From Ranitomeya imitator (Eukaryota): DNA of 64,000 nucleotides. Where the stretch lies: NCBI RefSeq assembly GCF_032444005.1, contig NC_091291.1:135098001-135162000 (forward strand), written 5' to 3'. The notes beneath the pieces are model-generated. The model worked only from the letters and a program-made list of their open reading frames with translations. It was not told where the DNA came from and searched no databases. Positions 36,826-49,563 of the stretch are shown piece by piece. The position numbers and the translations under genes were made by a program. Within the stretch, counting starts at the first letter, position 1. Each line of letters starts with the position of its first letter.

Positions 36826-38048
36826 TTACTAGTAGTAGCACCTTTGGTCTACACATAACAGGAAGTCTAATGGATGATCTAGACCCATCGGGAGTGGTTA
36901 TCATTTATTTCTCATGGTCCCTTCCGCACAGGTCTGTACAGTTATTGGTTGTTTGCCCAGACTGTAACAGGATTTATAGCTACCAGTCTCCTTATCTGTG
37001 AATTTAAGGTCACATTTACAATGCATTTATTAATGCTGACCCTAGAAAGTATCAATAAACATGAACCAATGTTTACCCGACTGGTCATAAATCTGTTTCC
37101 GGCTTGGTAGAGATAAGAGTTTTACTGCAACGGAAGTCAATAAAGATAAAATAATTGCTGGAATATTCAAGCACCTGGTTATTTCTATATATTCTATTTC
37201 ACCACACCCCGATATAATGTGTTACTATCATTTTTTCTTTATTGTTCCTTTTGAAATAAGCACAGTAATATGAGGCCGGTACCAAGCAACAACCGGTGTG
37301 ACAGAAAGTGACAGCTGTGTGACGTTCTAGTGAGAGATGAATGAATCAAATTCATCATGAATTTCCTGAAAAATGCTGATTTGCCAGAATGCAACATTTT
37401 CGAGATTTTTTTTCTATGTGCATGAATCTACCAATTTTGTTGTAGTTTGTAAGGGGTTGAAAAACAAAATAGTCATTTGTCATAGGAGCGACACTTGCCT
37501 ATATTCTTCAAGCTTCAGATCGGTCTTCCAGTGCTGATGAGTCCTGTGGGGCAATGTAGGTTATTGTCATGCCCCATCTGACCGCATTGGGGCATCTTGA
37601 GACAAAGTCAACGATAGAAGGCCGTTCTGAAGCTAGCAGAATTCAAGGTCAAGGACAGGTGAGTATAATATTATGTTTAACCCCTTTCTGGTCCCCTAAT
37701 AAGACCTGAATTGATATTTCTCTAGTGCAATTTGCAGACTGATGTTCTATGTTCTATGTTCTGACCCGGCTGTGTTCCTGTTCATTCCTCTTGATGCCCT
37801 CTCTCTGCATAACACTTGTTTTTGATTGACCCCCTGTACTTCGACCCGGTTTCCCCCCCTGACCCACATATTTGGTTCCTGATTTTGTCTTTGTCTCCAC
37901 TTCTGTAGCACAGATCTGACTTGTTGGGTTCAATCCCTCATCTTGATCTATTGGCAAGCAGCTACTCTGTTGAGTCAACCCAAGGGCCCCTGAATTGAAG
38001 GCCATATTCCTGTGTACAGGTTAAACAGTGAAAACAAGGGAGCCTTAA

Positions 38049-39820
38049 GGTACCGTTACACTTAACTATTTACCAACGATCACGACCAGCGATACGCCCT
38101 GGCCGTGATCGTTGGTAAGCCGTTGTGTGGTCGCTGGAGAGCTGTCACACAGACAGCTCTCCAGCGACCAACGATGCCGAAGTCCCCGGGTAACCAGGGT
38201 AAACATCGGGTTACTAAGCGCAGGGCCGCGCTTAGTAAGGGCTATCCCACACGTCCAGATAATTCCGGTACCGGAAAAAATCGGTACCGGAATTATCCGT
38301 GTCCGTGTGCCCCTTCGTTTCTGTGGCACATCAGTGTGGCACACATGTGCCGCCAATGTGCCCACTGGGTGCCACACGGAGCGTGCAGGAGACAGCGCTA
38401 AAGTTTAGCGCTATCCCCTGCATCGTGCTGAAGCCGCCATTCATATCTTCTGTGCAGCAGCGTTTGCTGCAGAGAAGATATGAATCCATTTTTTTTTGTG
38501 GTTTTTCGTGTATAAAATAAAGGTCCATGTCCCCACCCCCTGTGCGCCCCCCCCCCCCCCCCGCTTTTCTGAAAATACTCACCCAGCTCCCTCGTTGGCT
38601 GTCGCTGCTTCCTCTCGTGGCCGCACCTTCTACTGTATGCGGTCACGTGGGGCCGCTCAATTACAGTAATGAATATGCGGCTCCACCCCTATGGGAGGTG
38701 GAGCCGCATATTCATGACTGTTATCGGCGGCCCCACGTGACCGCATACAGTAGAAGGTGCTGCCAAGAGAGGAAGCAGCGACAGCGAGGGAGCCGGGTGA
38801 GTATTTTCACAACAGCGGGGAGGGGGCGCACAGGGGGTGGGGACATGGACCTTTATTTTATACACGAAAAACCACAAAAAAATGGATTCATATCTTCTCT
38901 GCAGCAAACGCTGCTGCACAGAAGATATGAATCGCGGCTTCAGCACCATGTGGGGGGGACAGCGCTTACTGGAGCGCTGTCTCCTGCACGGCACATGGAT
39001 TGGACACGTACAACGTCCGTGTGCGGTACGTGTTTTACACGGACCCATTGACTTTAATGGGTCCGTGTAATACGTGTGCTCCCACGAACACTGACATGTC
39101 TCCGTGTTTGGCACACAGAGACATGGTCCGCAAAAAATCAATGACATCTGCACAGATGCATTGATTTTAATGCGTCTACGTGTGTCAGTGGCTCCGGTAC
39201 GTGAGGAAACTGTCACCTCACATACCGGAGCCACTGACGTGTGAAACCGGCCTAACGTGATGTTTACCCTGGTTACCATTGTAAATGTAAAAAAAAAACC
39301 AAACACTACGTACTCACATTCCGGTTTCTGTCACGTCCCCCGCCTTCAGCTTCCCGCACTGACTGTGTCAGCGCCAGCCGTAAAGCAGAGCACAGCGGTG
39401 ACGTCACCGCACTGCTTTACGGCTGGCGCTTACAGTCAGTATGGGAAGCTGAAGGCGGGGGATGTGTCAGAAACCGGAATGTGAGTACGTAGTGTTTTTT
39501 TTTTTTTTTTTTAACTCTTACAATGGTAACCAGGGTAAATATCGGGTTACTAAGCGTGGCCCTGCGCTTAGTAACCCGATATTTACCCTGGTTACCAGTG
39601 AACACATCGCTGGATCGGCGTCACATACGCCGATCCAGCGATGACAGCGGGTGATCAGCGACCAAAAAAAAGGTCCTGATCATTCCCCAGCGACCAACGA
39701 TCTCCCAGCAGGGGCCTGATCGTTGGTCGCTGTCACACAGAACGATTTCGTTAACGATATCGTTGCTACGTCACAAAAAGCAACGATATCGTTAAAGAAA
39801 TCGTTATGTGTGAAGGTACC
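38049..39820. mobile_element. PIF/Harbinger-type non-autonomous element (GGTACC..CACAC TIR) hosting a nested element
   Basis: Termini GGTACCGTTACAC / GTGTGAAGGTACC. TAA on the left flank, internal inverted arms. Confidence 0.82.
38239..39252. mobile_element. Nested PIF/Harbinger-type element with a ~600-bp internal foldback
   Basis: TAA TSD (38236-38238, 39253-39255). Imperfect TIRs sharing CACACGTC. 38390-38990 is self-complementary around ~38690. Confidence 0.78.
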
Positions 39821-40120
39821 TTTAGATCCTGCTAGATCCAAATATGTGAACTGAGCTAGCCACTGACCATGTCTGATCATTGCAGCCATCATTTGCAACA
39901 ACATCTGTGCAGCAATTTAACAATTAATCAACACTAGCACTTTCTTCCCTATTTTCTGATCTTCCCATGTGAAAAATTTTGTTGCAACCATTCTAATTCA
40001 TATACTGTACTTCTCAATAAACAACAAAAGGAATATCTCGCTGATTGAAAAAAAAAAAAAAAACGGCTGCCGCATTTAGGAAGTAAAAAAGGAGAATTTC
40101 TGGAAACTCACGTTACTTAA

Positions 40121-40542
40121 AGGGAACCTGTCACCTGAATTTGGCAGGACTGGTTTTGGGTCATAGGGGCTGAGTTTTCGGGTGTTTGATTCACCCTTTC
40201 CTTACCTGCTGGCTGCATGCTGGCCGCAATATTGGATTGAAGTTCATTCTCTGTCCTCTGTAGTACATGCCTGCACAAGGCAAGATTTCCTTGTGCACTT
40301 CAGGCAAAGGAGCTGTCAGTCAAGTATGAGGAGGCGGAGCTAGGCGTGGAATAGAGCTGGAGCGACGGAGGCTTCAGATCTACCATAGCTCTCCAGCCTG
40401 ACTTACATATCGATTGAAGCACCGATTTCTCAGTAATAGAAGAACGGACGGGTCATGTAAAGGTATCGCTGGACTTGTCATCGAAAGAGCTACATGCACA
40501 CACCGTATAAACAATTTGGGGTTTGCGGTCTTGCTGATCCCT
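40121..40542. mobile_element. Kolobok/T2-type MITE, possibly chimeric
   Basis: TTAA on both sides, AGGGAACCTGTCA start and GATCCCT end. Left half matches the fragment at ~14060, right half resembles ~29700-29912. Confidence 0.6.
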
Positions 40543-40602
40543 TTAAAGGGGTTAACCTTGTATGTTGTTGCGGTAGTAAAGTTTTGATTAACTTATACTC
40601 AC

Positions 40603-40653
40603 CCCTGAAATGTAAGATCCCATCCAGTATGGAAAATATTTCAAAGTCAATTT
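40603..40653 (-). CDS. IL18: IL18-A propeptide exon (51 nt)
   Basis: Strong acceptor (poly-T)cttctgcag and donor GGG|GTGAGT. (E)IDFEIFSILDGILHFR aligns with human CINFVAMKFIDNTLYFI. Phase 1-1. Confidence 0.85.
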
Positions 40654-41500
40654 CTGCAGAAGAAAAAAAAAAAAAAATTAAATACAACCGATAATGGTGA
40701 TTAAATCCCTTTTAAATTAAACGTGTCGGGAGATCAGCTGTGATCTACGCGGAAAATTGTAAGTAAAGGAGCTGCGCAGCTTAGAGAGACGGAAAACATT
40801 CAGCACACCGCTAGTCCTCCACTCAAACCAGCGTCCATGTCTTCTCAATGGGGAGAGGGGACTAAGCCGCTGCCAGACGCTTCTGCTAGAGACTGATCAA
40901 CTGTTGTAAAAAAAAAAAAAATGGATCAGATGTTTGAAACCTTTAAACTTCTTTGGAAACCTGAATTTGTTAAATTAAGTTCAAAGAGATGGAACTGCCG
41001 CAGAACGAGTCGTCTCTTTCATTGCTGGGCACGTATTCATTGTAGCGTTTCCTTAGTGCTTTTTCAGGAGGGCTACGGAGCACGCACACCTGAAAAAGAC
41101 ATAGTCTGCACAATCTCTCATTCCGTTCTACTCCTTTAAAAATGAAGAGGACTCCCATTCGGCTGACCAACATTTCAGATATGGGGGGAATCAGAGCTAT
41201 TATATTTAATGAGTTTTTTTTAATGTATTTTTATACGGAGGTGCATATAATTATTATGATGTGCAGTTTAACATAGTTTTCCTTTTTATCAAATCTACCA
41301 GAAGGTGGAATCGATCACCTGATGCCACATGACATAAATAGATTGATCGGCCGTCATCACAGCAGCAAATTAATACAACATTAAATAGAATTATCCTTAA
41401 TGGCATTCAATGGTTCGGACAGTAAGTAAGAGCCCGGGAACTTTACCTTTTTTTTTTTTTTTTTTTTTTGTCGAACAAGGATTTTTTTAATCACTTATAG

Positions 41501-42810
41501 CAGGGGTGGGCAATTAATTTTCCCAAGGGGCCTCATGAGAGACAGTGACTGGTGTGGGGTGGAGGCTGAACCGATCGTCTAAAGCTAATTCTGCTCAAAA
41601 TTAATATTCGTACATAAGTAAAATGCAGTTACGGTAATTGTTTTACATTACCATTGTTTCACTTAATATTGAGGAGAATTAAGTATGATGACCTCCCACT
41701 ATATGTATGAGCCAGCACACATCCCCTCTATATACCATAAGAGCCCACACGGAGCATCCCTACCTATATACATTACAAGCCCCCACATAACCCTTCTATA
41801 TGAACCCCCGCTTAGACACCTAGATACAGTATGAGCCCCAATATACAGTATGAGATCCCACATAGTCTCTATACAATGAGACCTCATATAGCCCCTTGTA
41901 TACAGTACTGGGTGAGCTCTCCCACAGCCTCCCTATATGCTGTGTGAGCCCTAACATAGCCTTTCTATATACAGTGAGCCCTTACATAACCCCAATACAC
42001 AGCTTGAACCCACACATGGCCTGTATACAGTATAAGCTCTCACATAGCCTCCTCTATATACAGTATGAGCTCCAACATAGCCTCCTATATACAGTGAGAG
42101 CCCTACATTGCTGCGTTTATACAGTGTGAGCCTCCTATATACAGTATGATCCCCACAGTCTCTACATGGTGTGAGCCCCAATATAGACCCCCATATACAG
42201 TGTGAGCCCCACCATAACCACCTCTATATACAGTATGAGCTCCCATATAGCCCCCATATACAGTATGAGCTCCCACATAACCTCCTATATACAGTGGGAG
42301 CCCCAATATAGACCCCCATATACAGTGCGAGCCCCACCATAACCTCTTCTATATACAGTATGAGCTCCCACATAGCCTCCTATATACAGTGTGAACCCCA
42401 GTATTGTCTCCTCTATATACAGTATGAGCTCCCATATAGCCCCTATATACAGTATAACCTCCTATATACAGTGGGAGCCCCAATATAGACCCCCATATAC
42501 AGTGCGAGCCCCACCATAACCTCTTCTATATACAGTATGAGCTCCCATATAGCCCCTATATAGAGTATAAGCTCTCACATAGCCTCCTCTATATACAGTA
42601 TGAGCTCCAACATAGCCTCCTATATACAGTGTGAGCCCCAGTATTGTCTCCTCTATTATCTATATACAGTATAAGCTCTCACATAGCCTCCTGTATATAC
42701 AGTATGAGCTCCAACATAGCCTCCTGTATACAGTGGGAGCCCTACATTGCCCCTATGTACACATTGCGAGCCCCCACATAGCCCTCAAAATACAGTATGA
42801 GCCCCCACAA
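41501..42810 (+). mobile_element. hAT (Charlie-like) element 5' end with an expanded ~30-bp minisatellite (~41700-42810)
   Basis: Starts CAGGGGTGGGCAATTAATTTTCCC, same family as the copy ending at 51141. Array of cacatagcctcctatatacagtatgagctc-like units. Right end not found. Confidence 0.75.
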
Positions 42811-43224
42811 AGCCTTTTTTCTTAAACATACCCCTTTATGGAGGGTGGAGTAATTAGAATATCCCATCTGCTCTTAGAAAATTGGTAGTTTGTGTTGTAA
42901 CAAGATTTGAAGGGTTAAGTTTATCTGGAGATAGCAGCTCCCCTCCAAAAACGTTTTGCATAAGCCATGGCACATTGGGGTTCCGGGCCGCTCTCCCTCT
43001 CATTTTTTTTGCATATTTTCTTCTTGCATGTATTATTAAATGCCCCCCCTGGGATGTAAGCGGTGACCTGATATGGATCGCAGCAGAGGGACTAGGATAC
43101 TTTGCTGTTGTTTTGGCAAGGGAAGAGTGTGACTGGTGGCCATCAACCACTATGTTTTGTTTTCCTTTTTTATCCTAATTTTGTATTTTTTGACTCGCTG
43201 CATATGTCTGTATACATTTTTGCA

Positions 43225-43266
43225 GTTATTGATGAAGGTCCTGAACTTGGACCCGAAACGTCTAAC
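43225..43266 (+). ncRNA. Minimal type I hammerhead ribozyme motif in a Penelope-like terminal repeat
   Basis: GTTA-TTGATGA-A-GGTCC-tgaactt-GGACC-C-GAAA-C-GTC-TAAC. Stem I GTTA/TAAC, stem II GGTCC/GGACC, palindromic ACGT stem III, GUC triplet. AATAAA follows ~15 nt later. Confidence 0.68.
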
Positions 43267-43701
43267 ACATGTTGGGATAAATAAATCCTTTCAATACTTC
43301 ACCGCTAAGTTAAGTGCCGGGTTTTGCTTAATTTTGACACTACAGTTTGGGAACCTACCCGAGCACTTTAAGTTGTTGTGCACACGTTTCTGTATCGCTT
43401 ATTGTGGAGGTTGTCAGGGTTAGAGTTTTATGAGATAAAGTAGAGATTAGATTGAATCCCAATCGCAGAATGCAGCGGGTATCGGAGAACCCAAACATTG
43501 CTTCTACCTGTGCCGCATTAATGGGAAAAGTGCTTGTCACTTGAGGACTCGGGGTGCGGTAGGACAATACGAATATTACAGGGCTGCAGAGCTGAAATCT
43601 GATCTGTGCCTCGCTCATTACAATGTATGACGACTTCCCTTATAGTAAAACACACGATTCTCTACACAGCAGCCTTCCACAAGTCCCAAGGTCACGCTTA
43701 C

Positions 43702-43720
43702 CTGCTGCTGTCATGTCCAT
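43702..43720 (-). CDS. IL18: IL18-A first coding exon (MDMTAA)
   Basis: GCGCCATGG Kozak context, donor CAG|GTAAGC, phase 1, in frame with the 51-nt exon. Completes a 573-nt, 190-aa ORF. Confidence 0.75.
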
Positions 43721-44101
43721 GGCGCTGCTCGTTGTGCGTGACACCAGACGGAGCACAGGTGTATACACATCTAACTGTACAACCACCCACTTGATTTCTC
43801 ACACTGAGGTCATTTCTGGGTTCAACGTCACGTGTTCTCATATGGGGAAGTTCTGTACAGATATCCTGCAGCACCGAGACACGTAGTCCTCAACAATGTA
43901 GAAGGATATTCGTAGCAATCCATATAATTAGTGATTCATACCAACAGAATGGAAGAAGCCACTGAGAAATCCTAGATGGAGCTCCACGGAGGCTTCCAGA
44001 TTAAATGGGGTCAAGTCATCAGGGAGTGTGGGTGGTGGAATCCCTCCATGTGCTATAAATACTCAAGATGGACAGTGAAGGGTGCCAGTGTTAACACATT
44101 A

Positions 44102-44412
44102 GGCTACGTTCAGATTAGCGTTTCCCGACGCTGCGTCGGGAAACGCAGCGGCGACGCACGCGTCATGCGCCCCTATGTTTTACATGGGGGACGCATGCGT
44201 TTTTCTTGTTGCGTTTTCCGACACGTGCGTCGTTTTTGACGCTAGCGTCGGACGCAAGAAAACGCAACAAGTTGCATTTTTCTTGCGTCCGATTTCGTCA
44301 AAAAAACGACGCACGCGTCGCAAAACGCAGCGTTTTTGCGTGCGTTTGCACGCGTTTTTTCGTGCGTTGCGTCACCGACGCAGCGGCGCGCAACGCTAAT
44401 CTGAACGTAGCC
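44102..44412. mobile_element. PIF/Harbinger-type MITE ~380 bp upstream of the IL18-A ATG
   Basis: TIR GGCTACGTTCAGATTAGCG at both ends. TTA TSD. Confidence 0.9.
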
Positions 44413-45344
44413 TTACACACAAACATAGTGCACACTTGTACATATATAAAATACACATAAGACTTGCACATGCACAATGACCCTTTTATAATGCACTTGT
44501 TCACACAACCAGAAGAATATTTATTGTTGTTGTTCATTCATAGTTTTACCAACCATGAAATTGTCTTTTTTATTTTATTATTTTTTTTTACTTAAGCTTT
44601 CCTATATTAGTTCTTATTTTTCTATACGTGGCATTTTCACAAACACAAATGCACCTTTTTACATTTGTATTAACTTTTTTTTATAAGTTTAATGTGGAAA
44701 TACCTTTTTTTTTTTTTTTTCTGTCATGTACTGATCTCCAGATCTGGTCCTTGTATTGTACATGTTGTTATGATGCGCAGTGTTCATACACCGGGAGACA
44801 CAAAAGCGCACAGAGAGGTAAAAAAAATACTCTGTTGTAAAAAAGTCACAGTAAATAAGCAAGTGCTAGTCAAAAGATGAAAAAATACAGGGTATTTAGT
44901 TAAGATGTTTTTTTGCAAAAAAAAGTATGTTAAGCTGCTCCACCAATCGCCAAGGTATACCCATAATAGAGCAGTCCTATCTAATGTATATAATCCCTAT
45001 CTGATGTATTTAAAAACCTGATCATCTGTATAGTACCTGTATAAGCAGGGTTCAGAGAGGAAAAAATATACATGTGGACATGCAGGATGGAACAGCTACA
45101 ATGCAAATGCCCCACAGAGGAGTGGTGGACTCCCCAGTCTTGTAGAAACAAGAGAACAATTATAAAATCAAAAACACATGGGCTACTACCAATTCAGAAC
45201 ATGCCCAAAGTGGTAGCATACATAGGTCTGAAGTGCACCCATAAAGTTATTGGTATATGTGGGTGTAACGTTTGACCCCATTGTACCATGTATTTGAGAA
45301 TTAAAATAAGTTTGAAATAAAAAAAATAATTATCTTCCGATATA

Positions 45345-45605
45345 ATAATGTGACCACTATCCCACCTTTCTGTATAATAAAGAAACCACTATCCCACCTT
45401 CCTGTATAATAAGGTGACCACAGCCTGACCTTTTTGTTTAATAAGATTACAACTACCCCAACTTCCCGTCATGTAAGGTGATCACAACCCCACCTTCTCG
45501 TTTAATAAGGTGACCACAACCCCTCCTTCTTGTATAATAAGGTGACCACTACTCCACCTTCCTGTACAATAACGTGACTACAACACTACCTTCACATATA
45601 ATAAG
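45345..45605. repeat. ~32-bp tandem repeat, ~8 copies
   Basis: tataataaggtgaccactatcccaccttcctg-like units. Confidence 0.8.
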
Positions 45606-46063
45606 TTTCAAGCTTATGAGCGTGGCTTATGGTACGGAAATATTAATGAATATGGCACGTTTGGAGAGTTGGGTTGTGTGATTTGATAAATGCGACTTGC
45701 ATTTGCTCTGACCCGGTGTGGGCTACACATCTGAATTGTGGTGGATATTGCAATCCAAACTTGTCTGACAGGTCCGAGCAGAGGTATGTGCAATGTCAAA
45801 AATTAATTCTCACATGAGGTGTAAGGAGAGGAAAGTCGGACACAAAAAAGTCTCACATCAGCATGACTGTGAAATCTGAGCCTTTTCGGGGTTTTGTACA
45901 AGTGCCGATGACACATAGCCAAAGTTAGGGAAGTGAAGGTAGCAAAATTACAATTTAGACTTAACTCCTTCATGACCTGAAAAAAACAACAACTTGTCAT
46001 TGTTTGTTATGGACAACAAGTGCAATTTGATATCAGAGGCATAAAGTTTTCTTTGGTATTCAC

Positions 46064-46655
46064 TAGAGATGAGCAAATTTATTCAAGTTGTATTGAACGT
46101 GCTGCAAATCTTCAGCAACTCTCTTCAAGCGAACCCAGCAAAAAGGCGGCTGGCAGGATTTTAAATGGACGGGAAGGCATTAATAAAAATGTAAAAAATG
46201 ATTCGCATGTTGTTCTCAGCCTCTTTCTTTCTGTGTAACCACTCTCCAGTTTGGTCTTCACTTCAACTCCGTCTTCTGACATCTTTGTGCCTCTGGTACT
46301 GACTAGGAGTTTTGACGTCTTGACGAACTTATGTGATGAGCCCTTGTCTGCCGTGAAGGCACCGAAGATGCCTGAAAACCAAGCCATACATTATGATGCC
46401 CTGGCACTTCCTTACATAGTGAGCCTTTGTCTGCCCCAAGTACTCTGAAGATGCCAGAAAACCAAGCCATACAACATTATGCCCTTGTATGTCCTTATGT
46501 AGTGAACCTTTTCTCTGCACTTAAGGCATTGAAAATGACAGAAAACCTGGCTATACAATGTTATGAAACCCCAACAGATCCTTATTTAGTGAGCCTTTGT
46601 CTGCCCCAAATACGCTGAAGATGCCACAAAACCAAGCCACCCTCGCTCATCACTA
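46064..46655. mobile_element. Non-autonomous DNA element with an internal ~83-bp tandem repeat
   Basis: Termini TAGAGATGAGC / GCTCATCACTA. gtgagcctttgtctgcc..gaagatgcc..aaaccaagcc repeated 3-4 times between 46335 and 46640. Confidence 0.65.
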
Positions 46656-47943
46656 ATCATTAAGTGTTTTTACTTTGTCTTTATGGCTTGGTTTTGCCTT
46701 TTTTCCTGTTGCACATGCAGATTGTTGAGTTTAGAAATCTCTTTCATAAAGAGATGACGGGTCCTCCTGTTTAGATTTTTCCGATCTGGAGGACTTGTCC
46801 AGTATTAAATGGACAACCATCTGTGTAATGCTTAATTTACCCTGTGTAGGTGCTGCGGCATAATAGATCACATACTGCCAGGCTTCTAGTTAGATATTTA
46901 TTCATTTAAATTTTTTTAATCATTTTAACTAGCACCAAAGCAATAGAAATAGAGAAGATGAGGTCTGCCTGTACTCCAGGAATAGGGAACCAAATAGTTT
47001 TTATACGCAGTTTTGGAACCAGTCACAACGAAACCCAGGGTTTTGGTAAATCACAAAATGTTCTTTGTCATCAAACCAAGTATCTTAATATACATCCTCT
47101 TGGAGGCTAGTGTAAAAACAAAAAATATGTATGGCGAGATCATGAGATGAGAATGAAGACGTCAGCGGGGAGAATAGTGGCTGTAAAGTATGAAGAGCAA
47201 ATGAGTAGATGGAGATGATAGAAATAATCTAGATCAGAGATGGAAGGAAATGTGACTTTGCAGAGGGAAACTGGGATAGAAAATTCTTTCTTGTAACTTA
47301 ATCTTGTTCTCCATGTTGTCTTTTATACGTTTTTTTAATAATGAAATTTAAACACCAAGAAGGAAAACTTGTGAAATTCTGGAAGCCACAGGATGGAGAC
47401 ATGTTAATAAGTGCAGGAATTTCTGCATGTGGAGCTCATACTTGATACTGAATAAATAAAAATGTTGTTTCCATTTTTTTAATCAATTGCAGATCATTAA
47501 GTATTTCTCCATTCTGTGATTTCAATGATTACATTACTTTTTTTCCTTTTTGTTGTTGCAATATCTATGTTGAGGATTGTACAAGTAAGTAGCGGTGGTA
47601 GTTATAGAATTTTTATCATTAGGTTTGTCACAAGCCGCAACCTGGAAGGTTCGGTGTTTGCTTGAGGTGGAAGGTTTTTTTGTTTGTTTTTTTCCTATGA
47701 AGACACAACCACAACATTACTCCCCCATAACTGTCGGGGTCCTCCATCTGAAATACAGGACTCTGATGTGCACCCAGTGGCACCACTTGTTGGGAGGCAA
47801 ACGGAGTCCAAAATAAGACATTTTAGACAACTGTTTTAGCACCTTTCCAGTGATGTTCGTCTTTTGTAATGGGACACAAAAGCAAAGTAGAATGTACACG
47901 AGGACTAATATTTGTAAATTAACAAGATAAGTAATCGGCTCAG

Positions 47944-48440
47944 TATCACGATCCCGCTACTCACTTTGTCCTAGGGACGCATTGAGTGACAGCTTAGCCT
48001 CCCTAAGGATAGCAGGGGCATACGGGGCTCTCTCTATTGTGAATGACATTTCAGCCACCCTATACTATGCAGGGTCGTGCTGGGCTGTCAGTATTGTGAA
48101 TAGGATTTCCCAGCAAGTCAATCACGCTGGGCCTACTGTGTTTTCTACAGGTGTCGCCCTTTCAGGGAGATTGCCTGGCTATTTAGCTGGCTGACAATGG
48201 TTACGTGATTGCCAGTCATAGCTTTAGCTCGGTGCTGTGTGTGCCTTGATTCCTAGTGCTCTGTTATTCTGATCTTTTGCTGTCTGACCTTGCCTTTGAC
48301 CATCCTTTTGCCTAGCCCTTTTATCTTGATCCCGATACCTCCCCAGAATTCTGACCCTGGACTATGACCTCTTTACTCCTTTTGTTTTGCCCCTCGGTTT
48401 ATGATGAATTCTCTTGGTAATTTGACCCTTGACTTCCCTG
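47944..48440. mobile_element. Degenerate LTR-like fragment between the two IL18 genes
   Basis: TATCACG (TGTCACG-like) start and repeated ctgacc/tgacc motifs. Ends not resolved. Confidence 0.35.
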
Positions 48441-48943
48441 CCTCATGGTATGTTTTGTGAGAAATGACGTTTACAGGTGTCACACTCCCCACTTCAAGTG
48501 GAAGTAGCTTAGATTCCCCAAAGATGTAGGAGGTGCTCGGATGGTCAGACTAGCTTCTTGGCACTCGATTAGAGCAGTAGACAAAAAATAGAGGTATTTT
48601 ACAACACATCTTTATCAAAACATCCAGCTTATTCTTCATTAAAACCATTTTTTTTTTTTTTTTACTAAAAAGTAGACACTAAACCAAGGTGTTTCGAACC
48701 CATTGTGGATTCTTAATCGCAGCCAATCATCTTTGTGTCAAATGTCATAAGTGTGATTCTGCTTGAAAACAGATAGGGATCACCTTTGGTCCGATATCAT
48801 GTCGCCCATCTCTTTCACAATAGATGGGAAGAAAAGCTTGTAAGGCGCAGGTCCGTCTTTCATGAGATGGGAGTCATAGGTTTGGAACCACATAAGAAAT
48901 GAAAGGAGCAATTTTATATTTCGATAAGGGTCCCTCTAGTATA

Positions 48944-48949
48944 TTTATT
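48944..48949 (-). terminator. Probable IL18-B polyadenylation signal AATAAA
   Basis: First AATAAA on the minus strand, ~125 nt after the stop codon. Confidence 0.6.
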
Positions 48950-49072
48950 GGCCAAATTCTCTGGTCTCCTGCCAGAAAGAAATTATAATGTGCCTATAAC
49001 CTGCCTTATCACATCAGTCAGTATATTTTTATCTTCTTGTACATCTTACTTGTCGTATCAAAGCTTTTGTTG

Positions 49073-49288
49073 TCAGTGTTTTCCAACAAGAAAAAAGTTT
49101 AATGTTTCATCGATGGAAACTTTAGGTTTAGGTTTAAGCATCAACTTCTTTTCTTTGTTCCATGCGAGAAAAAATCCTTCCTTCAATGATGACTCGAAAC
49201 AGAAACTTTCGCACCCAGTCGAAAATTCTTGCAGGTAGAAGATCAATTCACTGGTCTTCGTTGGAATTTCTGGTGGCAATTTATGTTC
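49073..49288 (-). CDS. IL18: Interleukin-18-like paralogue B, last exon
   Basis: EHKLPPEIPTKTSELIFYLQ..FCFESSLKEGFFLAW..KLMLK. Phase-0 acceptor ttactag. 216 nt, same as IL18-A. Confidence 0.92.
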   Translation of the reverse strand, partial: EHKLPPEIPTKTSELIFYLQEFSTGCESFCFESSLKEGFFLAWNKEKKLMLKPKPKVSIDETLNFFLVGKH

Positions 49289-49563
49289 CTAGTAAGTTAA
49301 GTCCTTGGTTAATAGTTGTAAATATTACTAAAGACACATAATGTATACTATAAATATGTAACCGTAAAAAACATGGATGACATGGGTAAAATAACAAGTT
49401 CTAAAGAAAAATTTAGACTTCTCATTTGAGAAGCATTCAATTTAAGGAAGGCTGACATGACCATTTTTTTTCTCACCCATATTTTGTTCACAATTATGGC
49501 TCCATCGATTCTTCTTAACCTCACCGCAGGTCTTTTGACCCAAGTTAGCAGCTGTGGCCATAA

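Noticed and set aside
37528-37560. CTGATGAG-TCC..GGGC hammerhead-like start
   Set aside because: No GAAA or stem III follows.
45960-45990. Minus-strand acceptor followed by GTCATGAAGGAG, a possible alternative IL18-A start
   Set aside because: No good donor in the needed phase. The 43702-43720 exon has better Kozak and donor signals.
48685-48725. Minus-strand Penelope-like end (..AATCC acaat GGGTT CGAAAC) as a ribozyme
   Set aside because: The CUGANGA core is degenerate and the cleavage triplet and stem I are missing.
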